From contig CAYGJA010000004.1 in NCBI GenBank assembly GCA_964350165.1, positions 7,638 through 71,637 on the forward strand: 64,000 nucleotides of DNA. Direction: 5' to 3'. This stretch comes from an uncultured Candidatus Saccharibacteria bacterium. Lineage in GTDB: Bacteria > Patescibacteriota > Minisyncoccia > Phycocordibacterales > UBA1006. Made by a program: the position numbers and the translations under genes. The notes beneath the pieces were generated by a model. That model ran no database searches and was not told where the DNA came from. It saw only the letters and a list, made by a program, of their open reading frames with translations. The stretch's first letter is position 1. Every line of letters begins with the position of its first letter. Shown here piece after piece: positions 28,706-39,113 of this stretch.

Positions 28706-30140
28706 AAAATTCTGGAATTTTCTTGGTGAGGCCGCTCAAATCGCCAGAAGTAATTAGCAATATTGCGCTATTGTTCCGGTCAGAGGTCGTGATTGCCTCA
28801 AGGCAGGCCTCTGGCGATGTGTGGAACTGGAGGACCCCTGGCGCGTTCTCCCCTCCTCGAATTCGCCGCTCCATTTCTGCTGGGCTGGTTTGGCCAGATA
28901 CGTCTTTACCATGATCAACTGGCGGCATCAGAATATGGGCTTCGTCAGTATCAGCAAAAACATCATCATACCAATGTGCCATGGCTGGATCACGCCAGCT
29001 GAAAGTATGCGGTTCGAACACCGCTACTATTTTTTTATTAGGAAAATGCAATCGAATTGCGTCTATTCCCGCTCGAGCCTTGGCGTATGACGAGCCATAG
29101 GTTTCGTAGACGGGAGTAGTAACATCGGGACTGTTTGTCTGCTCTAGGCGTCTTTTTACTCCAGCAAAACTAGCCACCCCGACCTGAATTTGCTCCAAAG
29201 AAAGCTCTGAAATCTCGGACAAAAGCGCTACCACCCCTAGGATATTTTGTAAATTATGCCGCCCCAATAGGCTGGTCTGGAATTCGCCAAACAATTTGCC
29301 TTTTTTTAAAATTTCAAAATAAGTCTGTTGGCCGTATCGAACGTTGCTAATCGTATAATCAGCCGACGTCACGACGCCATACGTCGCTAAGATTTTTTTT
29401 GCAGGAACCATCTCGACCGTGTGAGGATTGTCAGCGCAGGCCACCACACCACCGCTGTCTGGAAGCAAATCAAATAAATCGCGGAAAGGCTGCAAATAGC
29501 TATCCAGAGTTGGAAAAACATTTACATGATCATGCTCCCCCGAAGTAAACAAAACATACCGAGGTCGATACCAGAGAAATTTGGAACGATCATCAAAATT
29601 AGACGAGGGATATTCGTCTCCTTCTAATACAAAATCCGAACCAGCGCCAAGCCTCGCATTGTGTTCCATATTTTTGGGAAAAGCTCCTACAAAATAACTA
29701 GGGTCCCGGCCTGCCGAAATCAAAATGTGTGCCAACAATGCACTACAGGTGGATTTGCCATAACTACCAGCCACCACCAAATTGTTGGTGTCAACCAAAA
29801 ACAGTGACAACATCTCTGGAAAAGACACGACTTGGGTTGGGCCAGCGTCACGCAGACGAAAAGCTTCAGCCACTTCGGAGTTAGTCTCTGGAACAAGCTT
29901 GGAATGCTTGCCAATAACGACCACATCGACCCCCTCTGGAATATTGGCTGAATCGTGCGCAGTAAAAAATTCTTGCCCGTTATTTTTTAGATAACTAGCA
30001 ACCGGATCAAAAAAACCAGCATCAGATCCGGTCACTTCCCAGCCGGCTTCTCGGAGCATAATAGCCAAGGCGCTCATGCCTTTGCCACAAATACCAATCA
30101 CATGCACCTTTTTTGCTTTCGAAATTCTAGAAATATCCAT
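28698..30140 (-). CDS. MurC/Mpl-family ligase (murein peptide ligase-like second copy)
   Basis: N-terminus HVIGICGKGMSALAIMLREAGWEVTGSD; central GDEYPSSNFDDRSKFLWYRP closely resembles the Mpl/MurC DEYDxxFFDKRSKF block; 480 aa. A canonical murC is present elsewhere in the window. Confidence 0.6.
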   Translation of the reverse strand: MDISRISKAKKVHVIGICGKGMSALAIMLREAGWEVTGSDAGFFDPVASYLKNNGQEFFTAHDSANIPEGVDVVVIGKHSKLVPETNSEVAEAFRLRDAGPTQVVSFPEMLSLFLVDTNNLVVAGSYGKSTCSALLAHILISAGRDPSYFVGAFPKNMEHNARLGAGSDFVLEGDEYPSSNFDDRSKFLWYRPRYVLFTSGEHDHVNVFPTLDSYLQPFRDLFDLLPDSGGVVACADNPHTVEMVPAKKILATYGVVTSADYTISNVRYGQQTYFEILKKGKLFGEFQTSLLGRHNLQNILGVVALLSEISELSLEQIQVGVASFAGVKRRLEQTNSPDVTTPVYETYGSSYAKARAGIDAIRLHFPNKKIVAVFEPHTFSWRDPAMAHWYDDVFADTDEAHILMPPVDHGKDVSGQTSPAEMERRIRGGENAPGVLQFHTSPEACLEAITTSDRNNSAILLITSGDLSGLTKKIPEFFT

Positions 30141-30183
30141 ATGCTAACGTTTATAACACGTAACTAGTTAATTTATTTCATAC

Positions 30184-31500
30184 ATGAGAGAGCTACAGAC
30201 GGATGATTTTATTATTGAAGGTGGACACCAGCTTTCTGGGAGTATTGACGTCAATACGTCAAAAAACGGCGCCCTGCATTTGATGTGCACCGCCCTTCTC
30301 AACAAGGGCGTATCTACTCTGCATGGTATCCCTCAGATAGCCGAAATAGATCGCATGTGCGAACTTTTCGACAGCATTGGCGTCAAAACAGAATGGATTA
30401 AAAAGAACACCCTTCGAATTACTCCACCAAAAAAAATCCGCATGGACAAAATAGACGTCGAAGCAGCCAGTCGTATGCGTTCGACCATCATGCTGATTGG
30501 GTCATTGATGCATACCATTCCAGAATTCAAGATTCCCCACGCTGGTGGTTGTAAAATGGGCGAACGCACGATTGCCGCTCATCGTTTTGGCCTCGAACCT
30601 TTTGGAGTAAAAATAAAAACCCTCGAAGACTCCTATCTGGTAACCTGCAAAAAACCTCGCCCTGCCGAAGTAACCCTGTACGAAGCCAGTGACACCGGCA
30701 CCACCAACTTGCTTCGCGCAGCCGCCCTCCAAACCAAACCATCCATTCTTCACTTTGCCACTCAAAACTACATGGTCCAAGATGTTATTGGCTATTTGCG
30801 CGCCCTTGGGGTTAGTATCGAACAAGACGGTCCAGCCAGTCTTCGGATTGTTGGACTGACGGAGATAAACCAAGATATCGAATACTGGAATAGCGAAGAC
30901 CCCATCGAAGCCATGGCCTTCATTACTGCTGGGATCATCACCAAATCCGAGCTCACCATCAAACGTTGCCCGATAGACTTTTTGCGTCTGGAACTCGCAA
31001 AACTGAAAAAAATGGGGGTAAAATTCACACTTTCTGCCGAATACACTAGCCATAATGGCTTTACCAAGCTCGTGGATATTACGGTCAAACCTAGCAAACT
31101 AGTCGCCCTGGCTGACAAAATCCACCCCTTGCCTTACCCTGGCATCAACGTCGACAACCTGCCTTTCTTTGTCCCTATTGCGGCTCTGGCCGAAGGGAGA
31201 ACCCTTATCCATGATTGGATGTGGGAAAACCGAGCGATTTATTTTACGTACCTCAATCAACTAGGAGCCAGTGTGACTTTGGCCGATCCTCATCGGGTTT
31301 TTGTAGATGGTGTTAATGGCTTGCGAGCCAATCAGATTGTCTGCCCACCAGCCCTCCGACCATCAATGATTATCCTCCTGGCCATGCTGGCGGCACCTGG
31401 CCAATCGATTCTACGCAATGTGTATTCCATCAAGCGTGGCTACGAAGACCTCCCTCAGCGCCTTGGAAAAATTGGCGCCAAAATAAAAGAGTTGAGTTAG
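30184..31500 (+). CDS. murA: UDP-N-acetylglucosamine 1-carboxyvinyltransferase
   Basis: 438 aa; EPSP-synthase fold, conserved MurA N-terminus (IEGGHQLSGSIDVNTSKNGALHLM). Confidence 0.9.
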   Translation: MRELQTDDFIIEGGHQLSGSIDVNTSKNGALHLMCTALLNKGVSTLHGIPQIAEIDRMCELFDSIGVKTEWIKKNTLRITPPKKIRMDKIDVEAASRMRSTIMLIGSLMHTIPEFKIPHAGGCKMGERTIAAHRFGLEPFGVKIKTLEDSYLVTCKKPRPAEVTLYEASDTGTTNLLRAAALQTKPSILHFATQNYMVQDVIGYLRALGVSIEQDGPASLRIVGLTEINQDIEYWNSEDPIEAMAFITAGIITKSELTIKRCPIDFLRLELAKLKKMGVKFTLSAEYTSHNGFTKLVDITVKPSKLVALADKIHPLPYPGINVDNLPFFVPIAALAEGRTLIHDWMWENRAIYFTYLNQLGASVTLADPHRVFVDGVNGLRANQIVCPPALRPSMIILLAMLAAPGQSILRNVYSIKRGYEDLPQRLGKIGAKIKELS

Positions 31501-31575
31501 GCCGGACTCCTTCATGATAATTAAAGCGACCCCAATCATCCCGATTGGTGTCGCTTTTTGTTATGATGGGCAGAC

Positions 31576-33225
31576 ATGAAAAGCATTTCTGTAATTCCTA
31601 TCACCAACGCTCCGCTACCCGAAACGTTGTCATACTTTGCTCGCGAAGACCTCCCTATTGGAGCCTTGATCCAAATTCCCGTTGGGAACAAAACCATGTT
31701 CGGAATCGTACAGAGCAGCGACCTTCTTTCCAAGACCAAAATCACGATCAAAAAGACTGATTTTGCCATGAAAAAACTAGAAAATCCGCTGATACTGCAT
31801 GATTTTGGCCCGGCTTTTCTGGAAACCCTAACTCAACTGTCTGTGCAATATTTGATACCTCTCCACCACACAGCGCACGTGCTATTTCCCAGCAGTGTTC
31901 TCGGTCATCTGACCGAAACAAAATCTCTTCCTATTTTTAAAAAAATAATAATCTGCCCCACCTGGCGCCAAGTGGAATTTGTCGCTAATGAAATAAAAGA
32001 GACAGGTGTCCGGCTTCACGGCCGGCAAACCCCAAAACAACAAGCCACAGTATTACTGGGTAGCGAAAATGACACGCTCATTACTACCCCGGCCTTTGCG
32101 CATTTTTTTATAACGACCGACAACACTGCAGTTATTTATTATTCAGATAGCGAACATTATTATCGATTCCGCAAACCTTTTTTTGATTATGTTGCCTTCC
32201 TGAATCTCCTGGTGAAAAACAAGAATCAAAAAATCAAAATTGCACCCGAGCCAAAACCCGACCCAAGCAAAATCTCCTACCACGTAAACAATCAAGACAT
32301 CAAATACACCTACACGCTGGTTATTCACACCGACATTCTGCTGCATATCAAGCGGCTTATCGAATCAGGTCAAAAAGTCTTGCTTCAGGTTCCTCGTCGT
32401 GGCTTTGCAGCTGGAGTAGTCTGCAAGGATTGCAAACAAGTAGCTATTGATGACGCCAGTGGCCTGCGAATGAAAGTAGTCGAGCGTGATGGTCAATTTT
32501 TTTATGAAAGCAAGACTAAGACAACCGACGCCAGGCACACTTGCCAATATTGCCGAAGCACCAGAATAGACATGTTCGGCTTTGGCACCGAAGCCATCAC
32601 CAAGGTCCTCAAGCGTAATTTCTCCCAATACCCCATCAGCGTCCTTGATCAAGACACGGGCAAAAAAGCCTTGCTCGCGGCTCGCAAGCAAGAGGGTGGT
32701 ATTGTATTGACTACCAATACCGGTATTTGGCACCTCGATTCTAATACCTATCACGCCGTTTTTCTGGGGCTGGAATTCATGCTGGCTATTCCCGGATTAT
32801 TCCAAATCCCCAAGGCGTTGCAGACACTTGCCGAACTATCTGCCAGAGCTCAGGCTGTTTGGATACCTCTCGACCGCGAACCGCACGGAATTGTGGCTGA
32901 TTTTGTTAACCAAAAATATGACAAAATTGAAAAAGAGAATAAAAACCTAGCAAAATCAATTCATCTTCCACCACACGGAACACTGGCGCAGTTATCTTTT
33001 GTGGCTGGGCGCGAGGCAGCTGCCCCGTTAATCATTGAACTGGAATCAATAGCTAAAAATCAAACAGATACAGAATTATTTACAGAAACCAGACCTCACG
33101 GAACTTATTCAACAGAAGTAATCCTCTCCGTAACAGCTAAGAACTCAGAAAATCTTTTTGTTTTTCTCCAAAAAACCAAAAAGACCATCCCTATAAGTAT
33201 TGTCAAGGTCAATTCACGGTCGTAG
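31576..33225 (+). CDS. Primosomal protein N' (PriA)-like protein with degenerate helicase motifs
   Basis: PriA N-terminal 3'-DNA-binding region (LSYFAREDLPIGALIQIPVGNKTMFGIV); Cys-rich zinc module CKDCKQ...CQYCRS followed by the PriA GFGTE motif. No GxGKT Walker A and no DEEH Walker B at the expected positions. Confidence 0.55.
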   Translation: MKSISVIPITNAPLPETLSYFAREDLPIGALIQIPVGNKTMFGIVQSSDLLSKTKITIKKTDFAMKKLENPLILHDFGPAFLETLTQLSVQYLIPLHHTAHVLFPSSVLGHLTETKSLPIFKKIIICPTWRQVEFVANEIKETGVRLHGRQTPKQQATVLLGSENDTLITTPAFAHFFITTDNTAVIYYSDSEHYYRFRKPFFDYVAFLNLLVKNKNQKIKIAPEPKPDPSKISYHVNNQDIKYTYTLVIHTDILLHIKRLIESGQKVLLQVPRRGFAAGVVCKDCKQVAIDDASGLRMKVVERDGQFFYESKTKTTDARHTCQYCRSTRIDMFGFGTEAITKVLKRNFSQYPISVLDQDTGKKALLAARKQEGGIVLTTNTGIWHLDSNTYHAVFLGLEFMLAIPGLFQIPKALQTLAELSARAQAVWIPLDREPHGIVADFVNQKYDKIEKENKNLAKSIHLPPHGTLAQLSFVAGREAAAPLIIELESIAKNQTDTELFTETRPHGTYSTEVILSVTAKNSENLFVFLQKTKKTIPISIVKVNSRS

Positions 33226-33269
33226 GTGATTGCCACAGGCAAAGCCCTGTGATAAAGTACACATCACGT

Positions 33270-33494
33270 ATGGCAATCAATGTTCGCGTAAACAAATCAA
33301 AGAAAGAGTCTGACTCAAGCGTGCTTCGACGTTTCTCTCGCGAGATGCGTGGCAATGGTGTGGTTAAAGCAACCAAGCTTAAGCGTTTTTTCACCCGCAA
33401 GGATTCAAAAAACAAGCGCAAAGACGAGGCTCTCGAGCGACTCAAGCGTACTGCTGAGTACGACAGACTTCGAAAATTGGGCCTTATTGGGTAG
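33270..33494 (+). CDS. rpsU: 30S ribosomal protein S21
   Basis: MAINVRVNKSKKESDSSVLRRFSREMRGNGV... resembles the S21 family (basic, VLRRF.R motif). Confidence 0.8.
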   Translation: MAINVRVNKSKKESDSSVLRRFSREMRGNGVVKATKLKRFFTRKDSKNKRKDEALERLKRTAEYDRLRKLGLIG

Positions 33495-33498
33495 CACC

Positions 33499-33897
33499 AT
33501 GGCTCGATATCTCGAGTATCCAGGACTTCAGATACGTCGGACAACCTCCGGCGATATTCCTGTGCTTGATTTTATTTCTCTCAAGAACCATGTTCTCGGC
33601 AAAAAATACGAACTCAGCCTCACTTTTACTGATCCCAAGACTTCTGCCGAACTTCATAAAAAATGGAAAGGCAAACCAGGGCCAGCCGACATCCTGTCTT
33701 TTCCTTTTTCCGAAACCGAGGGCGAGATTATTATGTCCCTCGATCAAGCGCGCAAAAAATGCCGCGATTATGATCGTTCGTATCACAATTTTATCCTCTT
33801 TTTATTTATCCACGGAATGGTTCATTTGAAAGGGCATCGACACGGTAGTACAATGGAAGCTATAGAAGAAAGTGTCCGCCAGAAATTCGGCGTCTAG
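33499..33897 (+). CDS. ybeY: rRNA maturation endoribonuclease YbeY
   Basis: Zinc motif HGMVHLKGHRHG (HxxxHxxGxxH) near the C-terminus; 133 aa. Confidence 0.8.
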   Translation: MARYLEYPGLQIRRTTSGDIPVLDFISLKNHVLGKKYELSLTFTDPKTSAELHKKWKGKPGPADILSFPFSETEGEIIMSLDQARKKCRDYDRSYHNFILFLFIHGMVHLKGHRHGSTMEAIEESVRQKFGV

Positions 33898-35116
33898 TTT
33901 TTCTTTTTCTTATCAATCAACGCACAACTCTCCCGTGTCATCACAGCCCAAACACATTTATGCTGGAATAGATATTGGCTCCGCTACTACACGGGTGGTT
34001 GTTTGTGAGTCTGATCAAAAAAACATCCTGAGAGTTATTGGTGTGGGCGAAGCTCCCACCCAGGGCCTCCGCCATGGATACGTCGTAAACAAATACGAAG
34101 CCCAAACCAGCCTGGCCGAAGCAGTCAAAGCTGCTGAACGAGCTTGTAATCGAAAAATCAAAAACGTCTCAGTTACTATTGGCGGTATCACACTATCCGG
34201 TCACACGCTTAATCGTACGTTTACCATCCAAAAACGCGATGGCCTCATCACAGAAAACGATCTCAACAAACTTCACAAAAGCACCGAAATAGCTGTCGTA
34301 GAAAAATACCCCAACAGACAAGTGCTCCACCTCAGCCCTATCGAATACCGCCTAGACGGACGATCTATTATGGGCACTCCTCCACACGGGCTCCATGGAC
34401 ACAAACTAGAAGCTCGTTACTTTGCTATTTCTTCGTTGACACATCATCTCGAAGACCTTACTGAAGTCGTGCAATCGGTGGGACTCAATGTTGAATATGT
34501 CTTCCCTTCACCGCTAGCAACGTATGAATTTGCCCTAAAACCACGCCAGCGCACTGCCGGATCAGTGCTTGTAGACCTTGGCTCCGAGACCACCACCGTC
34601 TCCGTAATAGAGAACAACGTCATGATATCTCTCGAGGTATTTCCGATTGGATCGAGTAATATCACTAATGACATTGCCTTGGGATTTCAGATTCCCCTCG
34701 AAGAAGCCGAGCTCGTAAAAATTGGCGATACCGAAGACATTAGGTTTACCAGAAAAAAAATAGACACCATCGTCGAAGCTCGACTCAACGATATTTTTGA
34801 ACTAATCCGCGAACATTTAAAAAAAATCCACAAAGACCGCACCCTTCCTGGCGGGGCCGTTATTATCGGAGGAGGATCAGGTATAGCCACCATCGAAGAT
34901 TTTTCGAGAGTTAGCCTCAAACTTCCTTCTCGAGTTTTTTCTCCAGACACGGTGGGTGGTTCACGGCGCTTCCTAGAAAATGCTTCATGGTTTTCTGCTT
35001 ATGGGGCCTGCCAGCTAACCGCTCGCGAACGCCGCACCGGCACCGAGGGAGGATCTTTTTCAATCAAAAACACCCTAGAGACCGTCAAGGGTTTTTTCAG
35101 TCAATTCCTTCCCTAG
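33872..35116 (+). CDS. ftsA: Cell division protein FtsA
   Basis: Actin-fold GIDIGSATTRVVV motif; 414 aa. The start overlaps ybeY by 26 nt; a GTG near 33938 is an alternative start. Confidence 0.85.
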   Translation: MSARNSASSFSFSYQSTHNSPVSSQPKHIYAGIDIGSATTRVVVCESDQKNILRVIGVGEAPTQGLRHGYVVNKYEAQTSLAEAVKAAERACNRKIKNVSVTIGGITLSGHTLNRTFTIQKRDGLITENDLNKLHKSTEIAVVEKYPNRQVLHLSPIEYRLDGRSIMGTPPHGLHGHKLEARYFAISSLTHHLEDLTEVVQSVGLNVEYVFPSPLATYEFALKPRQRTAGSVLVDLGSETTTVSVIENNVMISLEVFPIGSSNITNDIALGFQIPLEEAELVKIGDTEDIRFTRKKIDTIVEARLNDIFELIREHLKKIHKDRTLPGGAVIIGGGSGIATIEDFSRVSLKLPSRVFSPDTVGGSRRFLENASWFSAYGACQLTARERRTGTEGGSFSIKNTLETVKGFFSQFLP

Positions 35117-35207
35117 TAATTGTTTCGATATTTTGAGGGTGTATACTATACTTATGTGACGGAATTACAGCCGCGCCTTATTTTTTGTTAAAACAGATTT
35201 CTTATAT

Positions 35208-36383
35208 ATGCCTAAAGTAAACCCAGATATCGAAGCCTTCGCTCGCATAAAAGTCCTCGGAGTAGGTGGCTCCGGAGGCAATGCCTTGAACCACATGATT
35301 CAAGAAAAAGTAGGCAGTGTCGAATACATTTGCCTCAACACCGACACCCAGGACCTCCATTATTCAAAAGCCGATAAAAAAATCCACCTTGGCAAAAATC
35401 TAACCAAGGGTCTTGGTTCAGGGATGAATCCCGATATCGGAAGACAGGCGGCCGAAGAAACCAAAGCCGAAGTTCAAGAAGCAATCAAGGGCGCAGACAT
35501 GGTTTTTATTTCTTGTGGAATGGGTGGAGGCACCGGTACCGGCGCCTCTCCAATTGTGGCGCGCATCTCCAAAGAACAAAGCATCCTTACTGTGGCAGTG
35601 GTCACCAAACCATTCTTCTTTGAAGGTGACCAACGAGGCAAAATAGCCGAACAAGGCATCGAAGACCTCAGCAAAGAAGTCGATGCTATTATCGTGATTC
35701 CAAATGACAATATCTTGTCTGCTTCGAGTAAAGACACGAGCTTCAAAGAAGCCTTCGCCATGAGCGACGAAGTTTTGCGCCAAGCCGTCGAAGGTATTTC
35801 CGAACTCATCACCACCCCTGGTGTAATTAATATCGACTTTGCGGATATCAAAGCCATTATGACTGACGCCGGAGCGACCTTTATGGGTATTGGTGTAGCC
35901 GCTGGAGAAAACCGAGCCGAAGAAGCTGCCCTAAAAGCGATTAACTCTCCTCTACTAGATATCTCCATCAGCGGCGCCAAGGGTGTTTTGTTTGCCGTCA
36001 CCGGCAACGAAGACCTGACCATGCACGAAGTCCAAGAAGTAGCCAAAATCATAACCGAATCAATCAACAAAGACGCTCGGGTGATTTTTGGTAGTATCCG
36101 CGACGAAAACATGAAAAAAGGCGAGATGAAAGTCACTGTTATTGCTACCGGATTCAGTCCGAGCGAACAAAAGAAATCCCTCTTTGGCAAATCTTCCTCA
36201 ACCCCAGCCGAACAACCAGTAAGCCGAGTCTCTAGTCGCCCAAGCAATTCGACCCTCGAAAAACTAAAAAATCGCGAAGCAGAAGCCGAAGACATGTTTG
36301 AAGAAGAAACCTTAGACGAAATCAGTGACGATGACGAGAACTGGAGTGCCGTGCCCGCCTTTTTGCGTCGAGGCAAAAAATAG
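35208..36383 (+). CDS. ftsZ: Cell division GTPase FtsZ
   Basis: Tubulin signature GGGTGTGA, N-terminal VLGVGGSGGNALNHM, disordered C-terminal linker. Confidence 0.95.
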   Translation: MPKVNPDIEAFARIKVLGVGGSGGNALNHMIQEKVGSVEYICLNTDTQDLHYSKADKKIHLGKNLTKGLGSGMNPDIGRQAAEETKAEVQEAIKGADMVFISCGMGGGTGTGASPIVARISKEQSILTVAVVTKPFFFEGDQRGKIAEQGIEDLSKEVDAIIVIPNDNILSASSKDTSFKEAFAMSDEVLRQAVEGISELITTPGVINIDFADIKAIMTDAGATFMGIGVAAGENRAEEAALKAINSPLLDISISGAKGVLFAVTGNEDLTMHEVQEVAKIITESINKDARVIFGSIRDENMKKGEMKVTVIATGFSPSEQKKSLFGKSSSTPAEQPVSRVSSRPSNSTLEKLKNREAEAEDMFEEETLDEISDDDENWSAVPAFLRRGKK

Positions 36384-36446
36384 CCCTGCCTACTACAAGC
36401 TAACTGACATCTTTTTGAGATTCTTCTTTAAAAGACAAGCAATACT

Positions 36447-37373
36447 ATGTACGACCTTATTATCATTGGAGCTGGACCAGCTGGAACAGCGGCTGCCGTC
36501 TACGCAGCTCGCAAACAACTCAAAACCCTAATCATTGCCAAAGAAATTGGTGGCCAATCAACGGTGTCAGAAGACATTCATAACTGGATCGGAACACCTT
36601 CTATTTCCGGTGTAGACCTGGCCAAATCATTCAAGGAGCATCTGGGGGAATACATCGACAAAGGCTTCCTGACGGCCAACACAGGCAGTCTCGTGGCCAC
36701 ACTAACTCAAACAGAAGCTGGCTTTGAGGTAACAACCCAAAAAGGAGAATCATTTCAGGCCAAAGCCGTTCTGGTCGCCAGCGGTAGTCAGCGACGCAAA
36801 TTGACGGTTCCGGGAGCCGAAGAATTTGATAACAAAGGCATCGTATATTGCGCAAGCTGTGATGGGCCACTTTTTGCCGGACAAGACGTGGCAGTAATTG
36901 GTGGCGGAAACGCTGGATTCGAAACTGCTGCACAACTTTTGGCCTATGCCAAAAGCGTAACACTACTACACAGAAGCGACTCCTTCAAGGCAGACAAAAT
37001 AACTGTAGACAAAGTTCTCGGTCACGAAAACATGAAGGCCATTATGAACGCAGATACCAAAGAAATCCTCGGTGAAAAATTTGTCACCGGCCTTCGCTAT
37101 GTCGACCGTATCACAAACGAAGAAACAACCCTTTCGGTGACTGGTGTTTTTGTAGAAATTGGTCAAATCCCAAGTGTAGATTTCTTGGGAGACTTGGTCG
37201 AACAAGACGAATACCGACGCATCAGCATTGATCCCTGGACCCAGCGAACATCTGTCGAAGGAATTTGGGCGGCTGGCGATGCCACCAATGTGCGTTTTCA
37301 TCAAAATAATATTTCGGCTGGAGACGCAGTGAAAGCTCTCGAAGATATTTATATGTACTTGCACGCAAAATAA
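36447..37373 (+). CDS. trxB: Thioredoxin reductase
   Basis: FAD motif YDLIIIGAGPAGTAAA, redox-active CASCDG, NAD(P)H motif VIGGGNAG. Confidence 0.9.
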   Translation: MYDLIIIGAGPAGTAAAVYAARKQLKTLIIAKEIGGQSTVSEDIHNWIGTPSISGVDLAKSFKEHLGEYIDKGFLTANTGSLVATLTQTEAGFEVTTQKGESFQAKAVLVASGSQRRKLTVPGAEEFDNKGIVYCASCDGPLFAGQDVAVIGGGNAGFETAAQLLAYAKSVTLLHRSDSFKADKITVDKVLGHENMKAIMNADTKEILGEKFVTGLRYVDRITNEETTLSVTGVFVEIGQIPSVDFLGDLVEQDEYRRISIDPWTQRTSVEGIWAAGDATNVRFHQNNISAGDAVKALEDIYMYLHAK

Positions 37374-37424
37374 AACGCCTTGCTAAATTGAAAATATCAA
37401 AACACAAAGCGCTTTTTTTAGAAA

Positions 37425-37880
37425 CTACTGTTGATGAAGAAGGAGAGGTTTCAACACTGCAACTATGCGGTTGCAATTCTGGGTGCCAATCCAACCCAAG
37501 TAGGCACCACTACCCGATAAGCCCCCATCAACGCCTCCTTTCGGATCCCAACGGAACAAAGCTTTCTCTGTTCCTAAAAAAGGTATCCCCATGAAAGTTT
37601 TCTTTACATGGACGGTGTAAAGAAAACTTTCTGGCAATTCTGCCCCCGGAAGGACCAGCATAGTAGAAGGGCTAAAGCCCCCCACCGTAAAGACCGCCTG
37701 GTTTCTTCCATTCCAAGAATCTTTTGAAAGATTCCACATCTGAGGGGACCCTCCCCCCTGGAATTCAATAAAAATCCAGGCCTTCTTCTCACCAGCCTGG
37801 TTGGCTTTTTTTTGTGCGGAGATCGAGCCCATCGACAGGAGGGCGATCAGCATCGCACAATAATAATAATAATATTTCAT
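37425..37880 (-). CDS. Secreted hypothetical protein (151 aa) beginning with an MKYYYYY signal region
   Basis: Signal-peptide-like N-terminus; the 5' end is encoded by a (TAT)5 trinucleotide repeat. Confidence 0.4.
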   Translation of the reverse strand: MKYYYYYCAMLIALLSMGSISAQKKANQAGEKKAWIFIEFQGGGSPQMWNLSKDSWNGRNQAVFTVGGFSPSTMLVLPGAELPESFLYTVHVKKTFMGIPFLGTEKALFRWDPKGGVDGGLSGSGAYLGWIGTQNCNRIVAVLKPLLLHQQ

Positions 37881-37939
37881 TGCGTGCTTTTTATCGATGC
37901 TACTCTTTTTTAAGCCAGAGTCAAAAAACTTGGTGCTTT

Positions 37940-39088
37940 TTACATACTAGACCTTATCGCCTCAGCGACAACGCGACTTAGATTACTTTCAAAAGGATCT
38001 GGCAATATTTTTTCGGCCGTTGGATTTTCTACCATATCTGCCAAGGCTTGTGCAGTTGCTAGCTTCATCTGGTCGGTGATGCGCTCAACCCGATTATCCA
38101 AAGCACCTCGGAAAATACCAGGAAAAGCCAGGACATTGTTTACCTGATTTGGAAAATCACTTCTTCCAGTGGCAACCACGGCTGCACCGGCCTCACGGGC
38201 TAGATCAGGCATGATTTCTGGGTTAGGGTTTGCCATTGCAAAAATAATTGGATTAACAGCCATGCTTGTAATCATTTCTGACGAAACAGTATTGGGCGCA
38301 GAAACCCCAATAAAAACATCAGCCCCAACCAAAGCATCGGCCAAGTCTCCTTGGAGAGAATTTTTATTCGTACGTTTTGCTATCTCGGCCTTGTAAGTAT
38401 TCAAATCATCTCGTCCGGTATGGACAATTCCTTTGGAGTCACAGAGGATAATATCTAGAGGAGCCCCTTCTTTTGCTTGCAGCAATAGCTTGATGATAGC
38501 TATTCCAGCTGCGCCGGCACCAGCTACGACCACCTTGGAACGAGAGATATTTCGACCGGTTACCTTGGCAGCATTGATAAGGCCAGCCAACGTTACAATC
38601 GCTGTTCCGTGTTGATCATCATGAAAAACGGGAATTCCCAAATCCTGCAACGCCGACTCTATTTCGAAACATCGTGGAGCCGAAATATCTTCGAGGTTGA
38701 TTCCACCAAAAACAGGTGCAATCCGGCGAACCGTAGCAATAATCTCGGCCGTGTCTTGAGTGTCCAAAGCCAAAGGCCAAGCGTCTACACCAGCAAATTC
38801 CTTGAGTAGAGCGCATTTTCCTTCCATTACCGGAATTGAAGCCAAAGGGCCAATATTGCCTAGCCCCAGAACGGCACTACCATCAGTTATCACCGCCACG
38901 GTTCTTCCTTTGCCGGTATAAACATAGGCATCATCTGGATTTTTTGCTATTTCCAAACAAGGGGCTGCCACCCCCGGAGAATACACCGTAGCCAAATCAT
39001 CGCGAGAAGTGATTTTTGCGGTTACCTCTACCGTTAATTTACCTTTTGTTTTTTTGTGTAATTCCAAAGCCGCTTCGTTGTAGTTCAT
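37940..39088 (-). CDS. NAD(P)-dependent malic enzyme (short bacterial form)
   Basis: Conserved malic-enzyme blocks LATVYSPGVAAPC and ITDGSAVLGLGNIGPLASIPVMEGK, plus a Rossmann NAD domain. Confidence 0.8.
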   Translation of the reverse strand: MNYNEAALELHKKTKGKLTVEVTAKITSRDDLATVYSPGVAAPCLEIAKNPDDAYVYTGKGRTVAVITDGSAVLGLGNIGPLASIPVMEGKCALLKEFAGVDAWPLALDTQDTAEIIATVRRIAPVFGGINLEDISAPRCFEIESALQDLGIPVFHDDQHGTAIVTLAGLINAAKVTGRNISRSKVVVAGAGAAGIAIIKLLLQAKEGAPLDIILCDSKGIVHTGRDDLNTYKAEIAKRTNKNSLQGDLADALVGADVFIGVSAPNTVSSEMITSMAVNPIIFAMANPNPEIMPDLAREAGAAVVATGRSDFPNQVNNVLAFPGIFRGALDNRVERITDQMKLATAQALADMVENPTAEKILPDPFESNLSRVVAEAIRSSM

Positions 39089-39113
39089 ACACGAAGTATA
39101 TCACCAGGAGTGA

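Noticed and set aside
35474-36376. 300-aa minus-strand ORF spanning ftsZ
   Set aside because: Antisense to ftsZ; Ser/Pro-rich translation is typical of a GC-skewed antisense frame.
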